Shown here: positions 18,296-29,800 of the stretch, one piece after another
How the letters are laid out: each line of letters begins with the position of its first letter
Position numbering within the stretch: the first letter of the stretch is position 1
Source: a virus
Lineage: Duplodnaviria > Caudoviricetes
Virus record (IMG/VR): IMGVR_UViG_3300032243_001810
Span: 1-43,528 of that record
Reading direction: 5' to 3' (one strand)
DNA length: 43,528 nt
The notes under the pieces: generated by a model
Databases searched by the model: none
What the model was told of the DNA's origin: nothing
Seen by the model: the letters and a program-made list of their open reading frames with translations, nothing else
Position numbers and translations under genes: made by a program

Positions 18296-19273
18296 TTAAA
18301 ATTTAAAGCTTGATGAAACGAACTTATCCAACTTAGTCAAGAACCTATCTTCCCAAAATAGAGGTTTAGCCTCAGAAAGAGCTTTTTCAAACTCTGTCTT
18401 AGACATGCTTCCAGGATCTCCCCAAGGCCTCACATCCACCACCACAACATCAATGTTATATTCCTGCAACTTCTTCACAATTCGTGGAGTCTTCTTCTGC
18501 CACATGTCACCATCCAAGGCAAGAGCAATAGGTGTTCCGTGTAAAAGAATCTTGTTGAATACTTCGTGACGTTCATCAAGGTCTGATCCCAACAATGCCG
18601 TCGAATTCTCTGGACATTTAACAAGATCAAAGGGACCCTCACATAAGACTAACCTCTTGTTCCAATCTAGATTTATTTCATTAAAGACTATTGGGTTCTT
18701 ATCAACATCAGGATTATCATACTTCGGCTTCTTGTCTTTGTCCACGGCACGAGCCACAAAGTAATTCAATTCACCATTGGAATCAAAGGACGGCATGATG
18801 ACCCTCCTCTTCCACCTCTGCTCATCAGAAACTCCAAACTTGAAGTACCATGCATCGCGGTCAGTCAATCCTCTGGAATAAACATACCTCCATGCTGCCT
18901 TGACATCTGGGTCCATCTCGCTTGCCAGGGTCAACAGGCGGAAATCCTTTGGTAACTCTATCTTCTGGACTTTCTCGACCACGGCGGTAACCAGGTCCGA
19001 CCTGCCACCTTGGCCAGTTAATTCCCGATATGCATTCAGGTGTTCCTGTGTCCCATATTTCCGTAATAAAGGAGCAAGGCTCCGAGCCTTCCATCCGCAG
19101 GTCCAGCAATGGTTGGCATCATCTGTTGTACGGATTGCCAACTTCTTTTTGGTCGGATCTGTCGGGGCGCAGATAGGACATCTGACATCGAAGTTGAGAC
19201 CGTTGCCAGAGATTCGACCTCGACCAAAGATCGACTCATAAAACTTCAGCTTATCCGTGAGAGAATGGACCAC
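18296..19273 (-). CDS. DNA primase (Zn finger + TOPRIM; gp61/DnaG-like)
   Basis: CPIC..HCWTCG zinc-binding domain; Y..SRG; RVIMP..G.LNYFVAR; KY.NP; LCEGPFD; LALDGD; DPG.M. Confidence 0.9.
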   Translation of the reverse strand: MVHSLTDKLKFYESIFGRGRISGNGLNFDVRCPICAPTDPTKKKLAIRTTDDANHCWTCGWKARSLAPLLRKYGTQEHLNAYRELTGQGGRSDLVTAVVEKVQKIELPKDFRLLTLASEMDPDVKAAWRYVYSRGLTDRDAWYFKFGVSDEQRWKRRVIMPSFDSNGELNYFVARAVDKDKKPKYDNPDVDKNPIVFNEINLDWNKRLVLCEGPFDLVKCPENSTALLGSDLDERHEVFNKILLHGTPIALALDGDMWQKKTPRIVKKLQEYNIDVVVVDVRPWGDPGSMSKTEFEKALSEAKPLFWEDRFLTKLDKFVSSSFKF

Positions 19274-19294
19274 GGTACAACAGTAACCTATTGG

Positions 19295-19867
19295 TCAGTC
19301 ATTTTTCAACTGACCTTGGATGCTAGCAGCCCTAGCAATCACATATGAATCTGTAGCATCGCGGCTCCAATCGACAGCAGAACCATTCTTTTTTAGGGGC
19401 CATTGGATGTGTTTGAGGTCATGCTCTGCCATGTACTTGAAGACCTGTTCTTTTCCGCTCATCCCGGCTATTGAAGTCCGTTGCATCTTGATTCCGCATA
19501 GCTTTCTTGCGTGAGATGAAGAGATGTACTCAGGATCAACCTTGAATATCTCCCTTGAGATGTACGACACGATGCCGTTGAACCTCATGAGGGTAGTGAT
19601 GGTCGCAGCAGAAGACATTCCAGTACGAAACCCCATGAGTGGCTCTTCGAGAGCGACTCTATATTCACCAGGAAACTTCTTTAAAAGCTCCGACAATTCT
19701 AGCGCTGTAAGGTCAGCTTTATCCCAAAGAGTCTTACACTTTTTAAACTCAATTCTATCTATGAAAATTATATGGGACCCTTGATCATCGGGAGATATTT
19801 TTGGATTTAACACACATATGCCAGTCACAGAAGTAGAAACGTCTAGGCCAAGTATCATGGGTCCCAC
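19295..19867 (-). CDS. RuvC-like Holliday junction resolvase (RNase H fold)
   Basis: ILGLDVSTSVTG, VALEEP, ARK..G..KEQV, D.TDSYVIA. Start may be ATG 19858. Confidence 0.8.
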   Translation of the reverse strand: MGPMILGLDVSTSVTGICVLNPKISPDDQGSHIIFIDRIEFKKCKTLWDKADLTALELSELLKKFPGEYRVALEEPLMGFRTGMSSAATITTLMRFNGIVSYISREIFKVDPEYISSSHARKLCGIKMQRTSIAGMSGKEQVFKYMAEHDLKHIQWPLKKNGSAVDWSRDATDSYVIARAASIQGQLKND

Positions 19868-19908
19868 GCCTTTTAATCTTTACCAAAATTGACATTAGTA
19901 AAATCTTA

Positions 19909-20316
19909 CTAAAGTAGACCCATATCTTTTAGTTCTATTTCCGTAAGCACTTTATAGGTCAACCCGTGGGTCGTGCACCACTCTTTGGCGGCCCTGACCT
20001 TCTTGATCACAGTCATTTGATCTAACTTCCTAGAAGGCTTGATCTCTATGATGACTTTGCTACCGTCCTTGTATTCAACCTGAAAGTCTGGATAGTACTT
20101 GCGGACCTTCTTGGTCTTCTGATTTGACACGTATTCAATGACCAACTTCTCGTAGGACCATGATGCCACATCCGGATTCTCATCTAGATAGACCATGTAT
20201 TTCTGCTCCCATCCGGAACGGTACTTACATTCTCCCGCAATCGGAGAAACATGAGTTCCTCTGTGATAATGACCCTTACGTTTTCTCTTTCGCTTACGAG
20301 GTTTTTTAGGAGACAT
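19909..20316 (-). CDS. Head completion nuclease, T4 gp4-like (TnsA-N-like PD-(D/E)XK)
   Basis: YRSGWE..M..LD.NP.V..WSYE...I.Y..RKYYPDF..IIEIKP..K..AA.EWC...G..Y.VLTE.EL. Confidence 0.85.
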   Translation of the reverse strand: MSPKKPRKRKRKRKGHYHRGTHVSPIAGECKYRSGWEQKYMVYLDENPDVASWSYEKLVIEYVSNQKTKKVRKYYPDFQVEYKDGSKVIIEIKPSRKLDQMTVIKKVRAAKEWCTTHGLTYKVLTEIELKDMGLL

Positions 20317-20317
20317 A

Positions 20318-22816
20318 TTAGAAATCGTACTTTACTTTAAACAGAAGCTTTTCCGAATGTCTTTTAATCATAGGTTGTGCAAGCTGGGTCTTCATGATAA
20401 CATTAAGATTATCGTCATGGAAATTAATACCAGTTACATAAACGAAATTTGAGTCAGGCTCATTTGGTCGCAATGTCGTAGGCAGAGATTTATACGATGG
20501 ATTTGAAGAAGAATTTAGATGATTATTAGGGGCCAGCGCTTCTATTCTTAATACATGAATGTTTTGTTCACCTTTAAAAGATATCTCATATTGATTTTCT
20601 CCAAAAAAATAAAGATGAGGGCTTTTTATTGCGATGATACCTTCATTATAAAAAATTGTTCCTACTGAATTCCACGTTGACAAGGTAGAGTCAGAATCAG
20701 CTCTATATAATGTACCATTTCCATCGTCTCTAATTGTTATTCTAATAGAGCCTCCAGATCCTGACATGGAGGAATCAGACATCACAAAACTATTTGGAAG
20801 AATTCTAAGACCGTAATAAAGATTACTAACGTCAAAGAAAACGACTTGATTTGATGATGAATCTTGAGTTCTTTGATAAATCGTCAAAGGAGCATTTTCT
20901 TGTAATCCTTGACTAAAATTGCCTGTGGCAAACGATTTATTTATAGAATTTACATAACTTGAGAAGGAAGGTCCTGAATTTGCTGCAGGATTTTCAGGAG
21001 TAAATCCTATACTTTCATTTACAAATGAGTTTGCTTGATCTTCTGTTTTAGTTGCGCTATCAAAAGAAGTTTTAAACAACAATGAAGAAGTTGACAACAT
21101 GTTGTTTAAGCTTATGAAACCAATCGTTGGATTATTTAAATCATCAACATATAAATTTTTTAATGGTTCAAATTTCAATAAATCATAGTTTGGATAAAAA
21201 TTTCCATCATCACAAGGAAGTATTGTCAGATTGCGCTTTCTAACAAAAGGTTGATTATATAAAAATTCATTTGCTGATAATGCAGCAGTTGTTGTATCCA
21301 ATGCAACGCCAGTCAAATGATGTTGTCGAGGGTCATGACCTGACGCAAAGTCTTTTAAGAAATTTTCAGTATTTATATAGTGGCCGCCTACCCCAAAAGA
21401 AAGCGCAACATTGAATGGATCAGCCGTTGTTCCATCAACTTCAAAAAATGGTGTTTGTAATATTCCGCCATGATCTCCAACAAACCTTCGTATAGAAGAT
21501 GATTCAACGAAAAACGGAGGAACATAAAAACATACGCCCGTATCATTACCTACAGCAGACAATCCTGTAGAACCAGATGCAGCTATATCATCATCCGTTA
21601 CATAAAATTGTTTGATAGCAATGTCATGTAATTCTGCTTGAAGTGGATGATTAAATGCATAATGATCAGGCGTGTCAACAGAAGATACATTTTTTAAATT
21701 TATCAATCCATCACGAGTCGATGGATCTGTTGCAAAAAATCTTTTTAATTCATTATTACCAGAGTTTGTTCCTTCATAGTAATTTCCAAAACATAAAACA
21801 TCTGGATTTGTAGGAGACATACCATTGTCTGGATACGTCAACGGAGCTACTGTTCCGGAATACATTAAGAATTTTCCTTTGTCCATTCCGTTTATATTAA
21901 ATGATCCAGTTCCATAATTGATTAGATCCGTCCCCCATCTAACAACGACGTGATGCCATTTATTCAACTTCAAAGAATTATCATCAGATAAAAATACTAA
22001 ATTCTTTGGATAAGAACCATATGAAGCAAGTGATGGAGATATATCTGCACTATGGCTTAATTGCAATTGCAAACGGAAAGCAGCAGGTAAACCGTTTTCA
22101 TCTTTTAACGATCCTGTAACTAAAGATAAAGCGTAACTAGAAGAAAGATGAAAGATAGTTCCAGCCTTAAAATGGCCAAATGAATCTAACTTGTTGTATC
22201 GAGGATTGATATAAAAATCAAAACTAAATGCCCCACTTAAAGCATATCTTCCAGACGAATATCTTTTATGAATAATTCCACTATCATCATTTGGGTATAA
22301 CAAAACTGAGGATGTTGGAACAGTTGATGATGAAAAGAAATTTAAACAATTATAATTTGAATATGCCCAATGAGCTGAAGGGTAAGACGCTCTATAATAT
22401 TCAGAAAGATTATCCTTAACAACAAGTTTTCTTAACGTATTTGAAGTAAAAGAAAAAGAAGGTGTAAATCTAATTACATCAAGAACTTTTTGTTTTTTTG
22501 CGGAAATTCCTTGAGCGTTAGTTGCTTTTAAGTAATCATTTAGTTGATTGAAAATGTTAAACGTCGTTTGAGAATTATTGTTCTTGCTTTTTGCTATAGT
22601 TCTAATATTTTCTAATGTAGAAGCTAAATCAGAATCATTATGCGTAGCTTCTATAAAAGATGATAATGGTGTCGTTTCTTTTTCTATATCAGATCTTCTA
22701 GCAAAAACGTGAACAGATCCGGTCACTCCGCTAGAACTAGATGAATAGTATCTTGACGGATTTGTGGCTATTGTTATACTTTGAAAGTCCGTTGGATTGA
22801 CCTTGTAGATAGACAT
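20318..22816 (-). CDS. Putative baseplate/adsorption protein with LamG (ConA-like) domain and tail-collar-like C-terminus
   Basis: FSFDFYINP..GTIFH..LNKWHHVVVRW..G.F.ING (LamG-like); VGTIFYNEGII; C-terminal VYVTGINFHDDNLNVIMKTQLAQP..K..KVKYDF. Confidence 0.65.
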   Translation of the reverse strand: MSIYKVNPTDFQSITIATNPSRYYSSSSSGVTGSVHVFARRSDIEKETTPLSSFIEATHNDSDLASTLENIRTIAKSKNNNSQTTFNIFNQLNDYLKATNAQGISAKKQKVLDVIRFTPSFSFTSNTLRKLVVKDNLSEYYRASYPSAHWAYSNYNCLNFFSSSTVPTSSVLLYPNDDSGIIHKRYSSGRYALSGAFSFDFYINPRYNKLDSFGHFKAGTIFHLSSSYALSLVTGSLKDENGLPAAFRLQLQLSHSADISPSLASYGSYPKNLVFLSDDNSLKLNKWHHVVVRWGTDLINYGTGSFNINGMDKGKFLMYSGTVAPLTYPDNGMSPTNPDVLCFGNYYEGTNSGNNELKRFFATDPSTRDGLINLKNVSSVDTPDHYAFNHPLQAELHDIAIKQFYVTDDDIAASGSTGLSAVGNDTGVCFYVPPFFVESSSIRRFVGDHGGILQTPFFEVDGTTADPFNVALSFGVGGHYINTENFLKDFASGHDPRQHHLTGVALDTTTAALSANEFLYNQPFVRKRNLTILPCDDGNFYPNYDLLKFEPLKNLYVDDLNNPTIGFISLNNMLSTSSLLFKTSFDSATKTEDQANSFVNESIGFTPENPAANSGPSFSSYVNSINKSFATGNFSQGLQENAPLTIYQRTQDSSSNQVVFFDVSNLYYGLRILPNSFVMSDSSMSGSGGSIRITIRDDGNGTLYRADSDSTLSTWNSVGTIFYNEGIIAIKSPHLYFFGENQYEISFKGEQNIHVLRIEALAPNNHLNSSSNPSYKSLPTTLRPNEPDSNFVYVTGINFHDDNLNVIMKTQLAQPMIKRHSEKLLFKVKYDF

Positions 22817-22861
22817 CTAATTCCCAAGTAATTATACATCATTAAAAATATGATGACATAA

Positions 22862-22895
22862 CAATGTTTGTTGAGTAAAAACTCAACAGACATTG
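22862..22895. terminator. Long intergenic hairpin (terminator or processing site)
   Basis: CAATGTTTGTTGAGT-AAAA-ACTCAACAGACATTG, a 15-bp stem with one mismatch. A second small hairpin CATCAT..ATGATG lies immediately left of it. Confidence 0.55.
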
Positions 22896-22915
22896 CTCTT
22901 CTAACAAAAAATCTA

Positions 22916-24124
22916 TCAAAAGTCGAGTCTAACTCTAAATGTCAAATCTCTCTCTGGACTTTTTTCAACTGGTCGACTTAATTTAGCTACTGCAAGAAGA
23001 TTATCATTAGCATCATACAGCCCGACAGAAGTTACGAACGTAAATGTTTGTTGTACGTCTTCTTGGCCTGGATCTATAACGACTATTCTGTTAGAGTTGT
23101 CTGTAAATGTTGGATTAGACGAATAATTGAATTCATCTGCAGCCGCGCGACAGAATATTAGTGTGCTATTAATATTTGTCACGTTCTGGAAAGTAATAGC
23201 TGTTTGTGATCCAGAACTAAATCTTGTGGCACAAAGATGATCTACAATGTTGTCTATAGAAGCTGAAACGATAAAATCTGGTATAAACTTTGATGTATTT
23301 TTAGTTTCGGTACCAGGACCTCCTAATATAGTTAATCCTGTAGGCGTCATAGCATCAATTGTACCAGAAACAAACTGACTGGCTGACGTTATCTTTTCAA
23401 GATCTAAAACAGCAATTCCACGATCATAGAACAACACTCCTACCGTTCTATTTGTGTCTGCCGCATCAACAATATTTCCTAATTGTCCACCAAATTCAGT
23501 TAACTTAGTTGTAGAAGCTCCAATATCAGTATAAATCGACACGCCTCTTTCGGAAGTGCTATAAAGATTTGGTGTTTTGCTAGTACTACTATCAGCTGAA
23601 ATTGAAGCAGACTGATAGAATCTCATAGCAAATGATTCTCTTTTAATTTGATCTCTTGCAAATAATCTCTTAAATGCTACGAAGAAACCAGCATCAATAT
23701 AGTCATTGGCCGAAACCGACCCATACGGAGCAACGAATTGTGAATCTGCATTACCTAACAAAAGTTGGGCAAATTGTCGATAAACGTCCATCTTTTCTCT
23801 CATCATTAGAGAAGATGAAGGAAAGATTTCCTTGCCTACGGAGTCGACTGAAGACAAAGATGAAGAAACTATTGAAGAATTTTGGAACAATCCGACAGTA
23901 CAATCAAAAACTGGGTTAGCCGTTTGCAGCGTAAAATCTTGATCATATACTGTTTGAAATAAAGAAGAAGTTATACCTGGTCCTATACCACCTGTAACGA
24001 AAACCTGATATTTTCTTCTAGACGTAGATCCACTAATATCTTCTTGAATTACGTCAATTAACTGACTTAAGAATGAACGTGCTGTTTTTATATCAGATGG
24101 TTCTAAATTTTTAAAAGTTGCCAT
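22916..24124 (-). CDS. Putative baseplate/tail structural protein
   Basis: VGVLFYDRGI; FCRA..DEFNYSSNPTF; C-terminal FVTSVGLYDANDNLLAVAKLSRPVEK..FRVRLDF, paralogous to the C-terminus of 20318..22816. Confidence 0.65.
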   Translation of the reverse strand: MATFKNLEPSDIKTARSFLSQLIDVIQEDISGSTSRRKYQVFVTGGIGPGITSSLFQTVYDQDFTLQTANPVFDCTVGLFQNSSIVSSSLSSVDSVGKEIFPSSSLMMREKMDVYRQFAQLLLGNADSQFVAPYGSVSANDYIDAGFFVAFKRLFARDQIKRESFAMRFYQSASISADSSTSKTPNLYSTSERGVSIYTDIGASTTKLTEFGGQLGNIVDAADTNRTVGVLFYDRGIAVLDLEKITSASQFVSGTIDAMTPTGLTILGGPGTETKNTSKFIPDFIVSASIDNIVDHLCATRFSSGSQTAITFQNVTNINSTLIFCRAAADEFNYSSNPTFTDNSNRIVVIDPGQEDVQQTFTFVTSVGLYDANDNLLAVAKLSRPVEKSPERDLTFRVRLDF

Positions 24125-24131
24125 GTAGATT

Positions 24132-24851
24132 TCACTTCTTAATGTTAATTGCTATGTCTTTGACCGCGCCAGATTGCATACCGGTGACTCTAACGTAAGT
24201 TTTTATTGTATCCCTGGATGTTCCCGTACCGTAAACATCAAACACTGTTTGTGTTAACGATTTTGCGTTAATAATAAAGCTTAATGATGATCCTAATGTA
24301 CTTGTCGTACCAGATTTGGTCAACGTATAATATGCTCTTTGTTGGTTGTCTATGTTATTTGGTGACTTATTTCCATTGTCTATAACCAAAAATAAGTTAG
24401 GAACATCAACAATAAATGTTTGATCGCGAAGCTCAACATCAATTGAAGTTTCGTTTAACAATGATTGCTCAAATCTCAGCGTAGAAGATGTTTGACGTCC
24501 TTGGCTAGTCGTCGTGTAAATAGTTACCGTTTCATTGGTTGCCGCACCATCACCAGTAAAGACAAAACTTGGTAATCTAACAAGGTTAGGATTTGAAACG
24601 CTAATAAGTTTGTACTTTTGAGAATGTGCTTGATTAGTTAAAGCTTCAAATATAGGAGTGTTTTTTTCGATTTTTTCGCGGCCGACGCTACGACCATATT
24701 TTGAAATGATGCTATAATTGACTTCATCATCTCCTAATGCAAACTTAAACAGAGTAAAGTCTCCATTATTCCTAGATAAAAACTGCCTTCCAGTATCTGT
24801 TAGAACCGCGTCTAAAATAATATTGTTAGTGCTGTGATCTAAAAAGCCCAT
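24132..24851 (-). CDS. Putative baseplate/tail structural protein
   Basis: N-terminal MGFLD..ILDAVLTDTGRQFLS..FKFALGDDEVNY resembles the start of tail-collar/fibre-attachment domains; preceded by ATAGTTA. Confidence 0.65.
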   Translation of the reverse strand: MGFLDHSTNNIILDAVLTDTGRQFLSRNNGDFTLFKFALGDDEVNYSIISKYGRSVGREKIEKNTPIFEALTNQAHSQKYKLISVSNPNLVRLPSFVFTGDGAATNETVTIYTTTSQGRQTSSTLRFEQSLLNETSIDVELRDQTFIVDVPNLFLVIDNGNKSPNNIDNQQRAYYTLTKSGTTSTLGSSLSFIINAKSLTQTVFDVYGTGTSRDTIKTYVRVTGMQSGAVKDIAINIKK

Positions 24852-24903
24852 AATATCTCAACTAAAAAATCTTACATGTAACTATTAGACAAGTAAATTA
24901 AGA

Positions 24904-26793
24904 TTACTTTTTTAAGTTAAAATTGTTCGAAGACACCTTTAGAGTAGTTTTCTTAGAACGTAAATCATTGATGTTTATGCTAAATTGTGTGCTGAGTTGA
25001 TTTTCGATATTAATAAAGTTAAGTTTATAAGTCGAACCTCTAGATGAAGGATTCAAAGCGTTAGTAATTTGTCCTTGACCATTTACTACATCATAACAAT
25101 CAGGCGTTAAATACACATGCATCGTCATTTTGTTTGAAGTCTTAATTGAGTCTAAAAACAAATCTTGTTGTAAGTAAAGATTAGGATATTGTTTTGGAGC
25201 TCCAGCGATAGAAACTAAAGATGTTTTTATTTGATTTTTAAAAACATCAAAAGAAACTTTAAATTGTTCTGAATAATTTGAAGTCAACCCGTGCGCATCA
25301 ATTGCTGCAACTGCATAAATGTACTCAGAATTTTTTAAGAAATCATCATCATAATAGCTACATTCTGGTTGAGGCAATTTTTCTACAAGCTTTTGATTTA
25401 TAGAATCTTCAGGATCTGGAAAAACGAGCTGAGAATCATTAAAATCAAAAACCTTAATGAGTTCAAAAGGATCAGTAACTTTTAACCTTCTAAAAACTTG
25501 AAATTTTTTAATATCCATTTGTGGATTCACTGGGAATTGCCAATATAGCATCAATGATCCTCTAGTTCCCGTGTTAGGATAAGGTTTATTACTTATTGGA
25601 TCAAATAAAGTAGTAGAAGGATTTACTCTATCATAATCCCAAACAAACTTTAATCCAGTAGGAGGCGGAGGTCCTAGGTTTTCAGTTGTTTCAACTGAAA
25701 CAGTTACTGGTTTTGAACTTACTAAAGAACTTATCATAGACATATTTCCGCTAGCATTATCAATCGCGGGAACAGTTACATCCATTATCGTTTTTACTTT
25801 ATAAACATATACAGCGCCATATCTAATTTCTGTATCAATATAGCTTGAAGCCCCTGGGTTTTCGATTATCAATGGTTCTAGCTTTTTTTGTGTACCATCT
25901 TCAAACAATTCAAACTTTTCAATAACGTAACCAATTAATGAAGATCTAGAAGGAGCTGATGCATCAACATTTGATGTTACTATTTTGTAATATGGAATAC
26001 TGGGTTTAAATTCTTCATCGCTTAAATCAAAGTTGTTATTTGATCTAACCAAATTTCTAGCGTTTTTTACGACCTTTTTAAAAGTCTCACCTTGTGTGTT
26101 AATTTCTTCAGAAGAAGCAGTTGCAGCAAGATCCAACAAAACATTATTGCTTACTTGCGAATAAACGCTTAGCTTTTTTATAGAATCAAAGTATGTGTTT
26201 ATTCTTTTGCTTCCTTCTCCACTTCTGAATATAGTTCCTTTTATTAATTCTTGTTGGTTCAAAATATTAGAAATAACTTCTATATTTGAAGATCCAATTT
26301 TTTGTTTAATGTTGGTATAGCTGCTAACAGCAGATCCTTGTTTTGTTTGTGAAGAATATGAATTTATTTTTGAAGATTCATCGAATATTTCTGCTGAACT
26401 TTTATCTATGTGACCATTGCTAAAATTTAATGCAGTATAATAGTTTGAAGCAAAATGCTCTTCATCAACAATTTTGTCAATGTTATTTTTTATAAGATCT
26501 GGTATTGGTTGTGCATGATCAACTGACAAAGGTTTAAGAAATTTAATTTCTACATACCTTGGAAATCTTTTTTCTGCATAATCAAGATATTTTTCGGCTA
26601 TTTCAGACTTAGGTTTGCTGATGATATTTTGCGAAATATTCATGTTTTTTATCGCATCATCAGTTAAGATGTCTTTATCTCTAATGCTTTCATTAGGAAC
26701 GTAGTAATTGTACTTAAACTTAGCGTTTAAGCTCGTGACCTCAGGTACGTCTATAGAATAGATTATTCTTGATGGAATTGATTTAACACCCAT
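24904..26793 (-). CDS. Putative virion protein with two fibronectin type III-like domains
   Basis: GYVIEK..YIDTEIRYG.VY.YKV and PPPPTGL.F.W..L.W..IKKFQVFRR..YYD..YIYAVAAID.HG..SNYS patterns. Confidence 0.6.
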   Translation of the reverse strand: MGVKSIPSRIIYSIDVPEVTSLNAKFKYNYYVPNESIRDKDILTDDAIKNMNISQNIISKPKSEIAEKYLDYAEKRFPRYVEIKFLKPLSVDHAQPIPDLIKNNIDKIVDEEHFASNYYTALNFSNGHIDKSSAEIFDESSKINSYSSQTKQGSAVSSYTNIKQKIGSSNIEVISNILNQQELIKGTIFRSGEGSKRINTYFDSIKKLSVYSQVSNNVLLDLAATASSEEINTQGETFKKVVKNARNLVRSNNNFDLSDEEFKPSIPYYKIVTSNVDASAPSRSSLIGYVIEKFELFEDGTQKKLEPLIIENPGASSYIDTEIRYGAVYVYKVKTIMDVTVPAIDNASGNMSMISSLVSSKPVTVSVETTENLGPPPPTGLKFVWDYDRVNPSTTLFDPISNKPYPNTGTRGSLMLYWQFPVNPQMDIKKFQVFRRLKVTDPFELIKVFDFNDSQLVFPDPEDSINQKLVEKLPQPECSYYDDDFLKNSEYIYAVAAIDAHGLTSNYSEQFKVSFDVFKNQIKTSLVSIAGAPKQYPNLYLQQDLFLDSIKTSNKMTMHVYLTPDCYDVVNGQGQITNALNPSSRGSTYKLNFINIENQLSTQFSININDLRSKKTTLKVSSNNFNLKK

Positions 26794-26806
26794 TGGTCTG
26801 TCCTAC

Positions 26807-29800
26807 TTATTTCCTATATTGATTTTTAACGTTTTTATCCGTTAAAGAATTTTTGATATTAGATGCCGTAAAAGAATTTGATTGTAATGCCTGATTTTGC
26901 GCAGTTAGGCCTCTAGATTGTATTGGCAATACGAATTGTTCTGCATGTGTTTCTACAACAACAAAGAAACTTTCTAAAGAAAGATCTAAAGAAGATTTGT
27001 CCGCATCAACATACTCATTAACTTCGGGTCTTTTTTGAATTATGCTTCCTTGTCTAATCAACGTTTTTAATTTTTCAGCGCCTGTTGTTGTAGCTGTGGT
27101 TTTTTCATAATTTACTTCAAATTCAGGATCAAATATTACATTAAAAACTCTATCAAACTTTTTAGGGTTTATAAATTTTGTAATATATGGATCTGGAGAT
27201 AGAATCAAACTTTGAGCAGTTTTTACTATCTTTGATAAGTTTAAAGATGGTTTTTTTGAATCAATCTGTAGTCTCATCAAATTATTTGTTGTTTGCTTTT
27301 CAATAGCGACAGGTTTTATTTGTAATTTGCTTAAATTTTTACCGCCAAGACCTAAAGAGCTTCCAATACTTTTAGACGCAATTTGAAGTTTTCTTGAATT
27401 TAATTCAGCTTTATCAGCTTTAGCGCTCAATAAATCTCTTGCATCAGACAAACGTTTGACCACATCAACATCATGTATTAAAGTAACCAAAGATTCAATT
27501 TCTCTAGAATCTAGATTAAACGTTAGATCGTTTAAAGTCATTCCAGTTATGACTTTCATATAATTTTCTAACACGTAACTTAAGACATGATTTTCAATTA
27601 CTTGATTCTTTTCGTCTTCAGTCAAAAATGAATATTCATTACCAAATACATTACTTTTATCATCCCAATAAACTGGGTTTCCTAGATCATAAGATGATCC
27701 ATCAACAGATAATGAATAATTTCTTGTTGGAATTGCTTTAAAAATTTCTCTATAATCAGAATTTCTAGTTTTCTTTATCTCAGAATAAATCCTTGCAGGA
27801 AATCTTGAAGCTTCAAATAAAAACACCTTGGGACGATAGATTATATCACCATTTAGTATGTCTATTTTAAACACAGATATTTTAAAAATATCGTTATGCT
27901 TGCTATTCTTAGAATTTAAAGAAGATTTTTTTAATAACCTGTCAAACATCCCTTGAGGAATACCAATTGTTAAAATCTTTTTGTTATATCCTTTCTTTGT
28001 TGTATACTCATCATTGTCTTTAAACAATAAATCGTATATTTCTGTCATTTTTGGATAATAAAAAGTATTTTGAACGTAGTTTGTGAACAGGTTATTATCT
28101 TCTCCTTGTTGTTTATCATCATCGTTAAAGTCGTTAAATGACTGATATACATCTTCAACGGATGATAGCAACAATAAAAGTTGAGGTTCTTTAAGAATTA
28201 AAGAAAGTTTTCTTGGATCATTATTGAGATATTTTAGAATATATGCAATTGAATCTGAGTTAAATTTTTTAACGGCAGAATCTATACTTTTTACATTAGA
28301 ATTTAGAATGTCTAAAGTATTCAAGATTGATGTAGAAATCTTTAATAAAGAAACTAATTCATGCTGAGCATAAGAGCTTATTTCTTTTTGTTTATAAGTT
28401 TTTGAAACGTTATCATTGTTAACGTATAAAACAAGCTCATATTTTTTAAAACCCAAATGATCTAAAAATTTTTGACGTAGTTCATTTGCTTCTGCTAAGC
28501 TTCGATCATATCCAAGCTTAATTGAAAATACGTCTCCAACGTTAGAAATTTTTCCTAAATTTGAAGCTGTATCGTTATCAAGAGAATTATCATTTTTTGA
28601 TAATGATACAATGGTATTATCAGAAAACTGCGAGGCCATTTTGCATAGCGCAGTAAAAAATATCATGTATATGTTTTCAAGATTTATATTTTGAAATGCA
28701 GTATAATTTTGGCCCTTTGCTGCATAAAGAGTGAAAATAGATTTTAATTCTCTTACTATTTTCACTATATCCAAAACAAAAGGACTATTTCTTACAGCAT
28801 TGCTAAATGTTTCAGCATCGTCGTATTTACAAGGAATGTATTTTAAAGCGCCTTGTTCACCATTCTTAAAATTTTCATATAAACCTTTAAAAGATTTTTT
28901 TAATTCATCTTCAGCAGAAAATCTTCCTGTATCAACGCGATCATCGTGTGATAATTGACCTGAAGTTACTGAATCATCAAAGTTTTTATTAAATGCGTTT
29001 ATAAATGTTTGATTTAAGAAATTAGCAGACTCAACTTTATCTTTTGTTATAGCATTTTTTACATCAACGCTTGTTTGAAAATTAGATGATTTTAAAGTTT
29101 CAAAAAGATTATTGTCTAAAACTTTGTTTGTAGAAAAACCCACCATGTCTTCTATGATAAGAAACAAACATGATCTTACATTTCTGCCAAAATCATTTTC
29201 TTGTGTTGCAATAGAAAAAATAGAACTTATTCCTCTTTCTTCCTGCTTAAGATTAAGAATAGATTTGTTGTTCTCAGGTTTAGCAGATCTATGAATTTTA
29301 GATAATCCGTCAGCACCTACCATTAAAGAAGTAACATTTTCTATAAATTTTACTGGATTTGAAGAAAGTATTGATGGTTTATGCGGTTGAAAAGAAGAAT
29401 TTTGTTCATTTGGAAAACGAATTGATAGTTCAAACACCGAATCATCAACAGGAAGCATTCCAAAATTTGACATAATGTCAAATAGATTGTTATCCAGTCT
29501 ATTTAAACTTTTTTGTAGATTTTCAACTCTAGAAAGATTTAATCTCAATCCAATGATGTTTGTAAAGATTGTTTCTGGGTCAAAGAAATATTTTGATCCT
29601 ACACTTAATTCATTTGAAATGTTGATTTGCTCTTTTTCTTCTAAAGTTAAAATTCCTCTATCTTGATTTGATGCATCTCTTGTATAACATAAATCAGAAA
29701 CGCTTAAGTTCACAGTGGCAAAATCAGGAGATTTTTGAAAGATATCAAATCCGCCAACGTAATTTCCAAAAACGCTATCAAAGAAATTTTTTGAAGTTAT

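Noticed and set aside
19909-20316. TnsA-like nuclease as evidence for a Tn7-like transposon
   Set aside because: No TnsB/TnsC genes or terminal repeats; size and context fit a T4 gp4-like head-completion protein.
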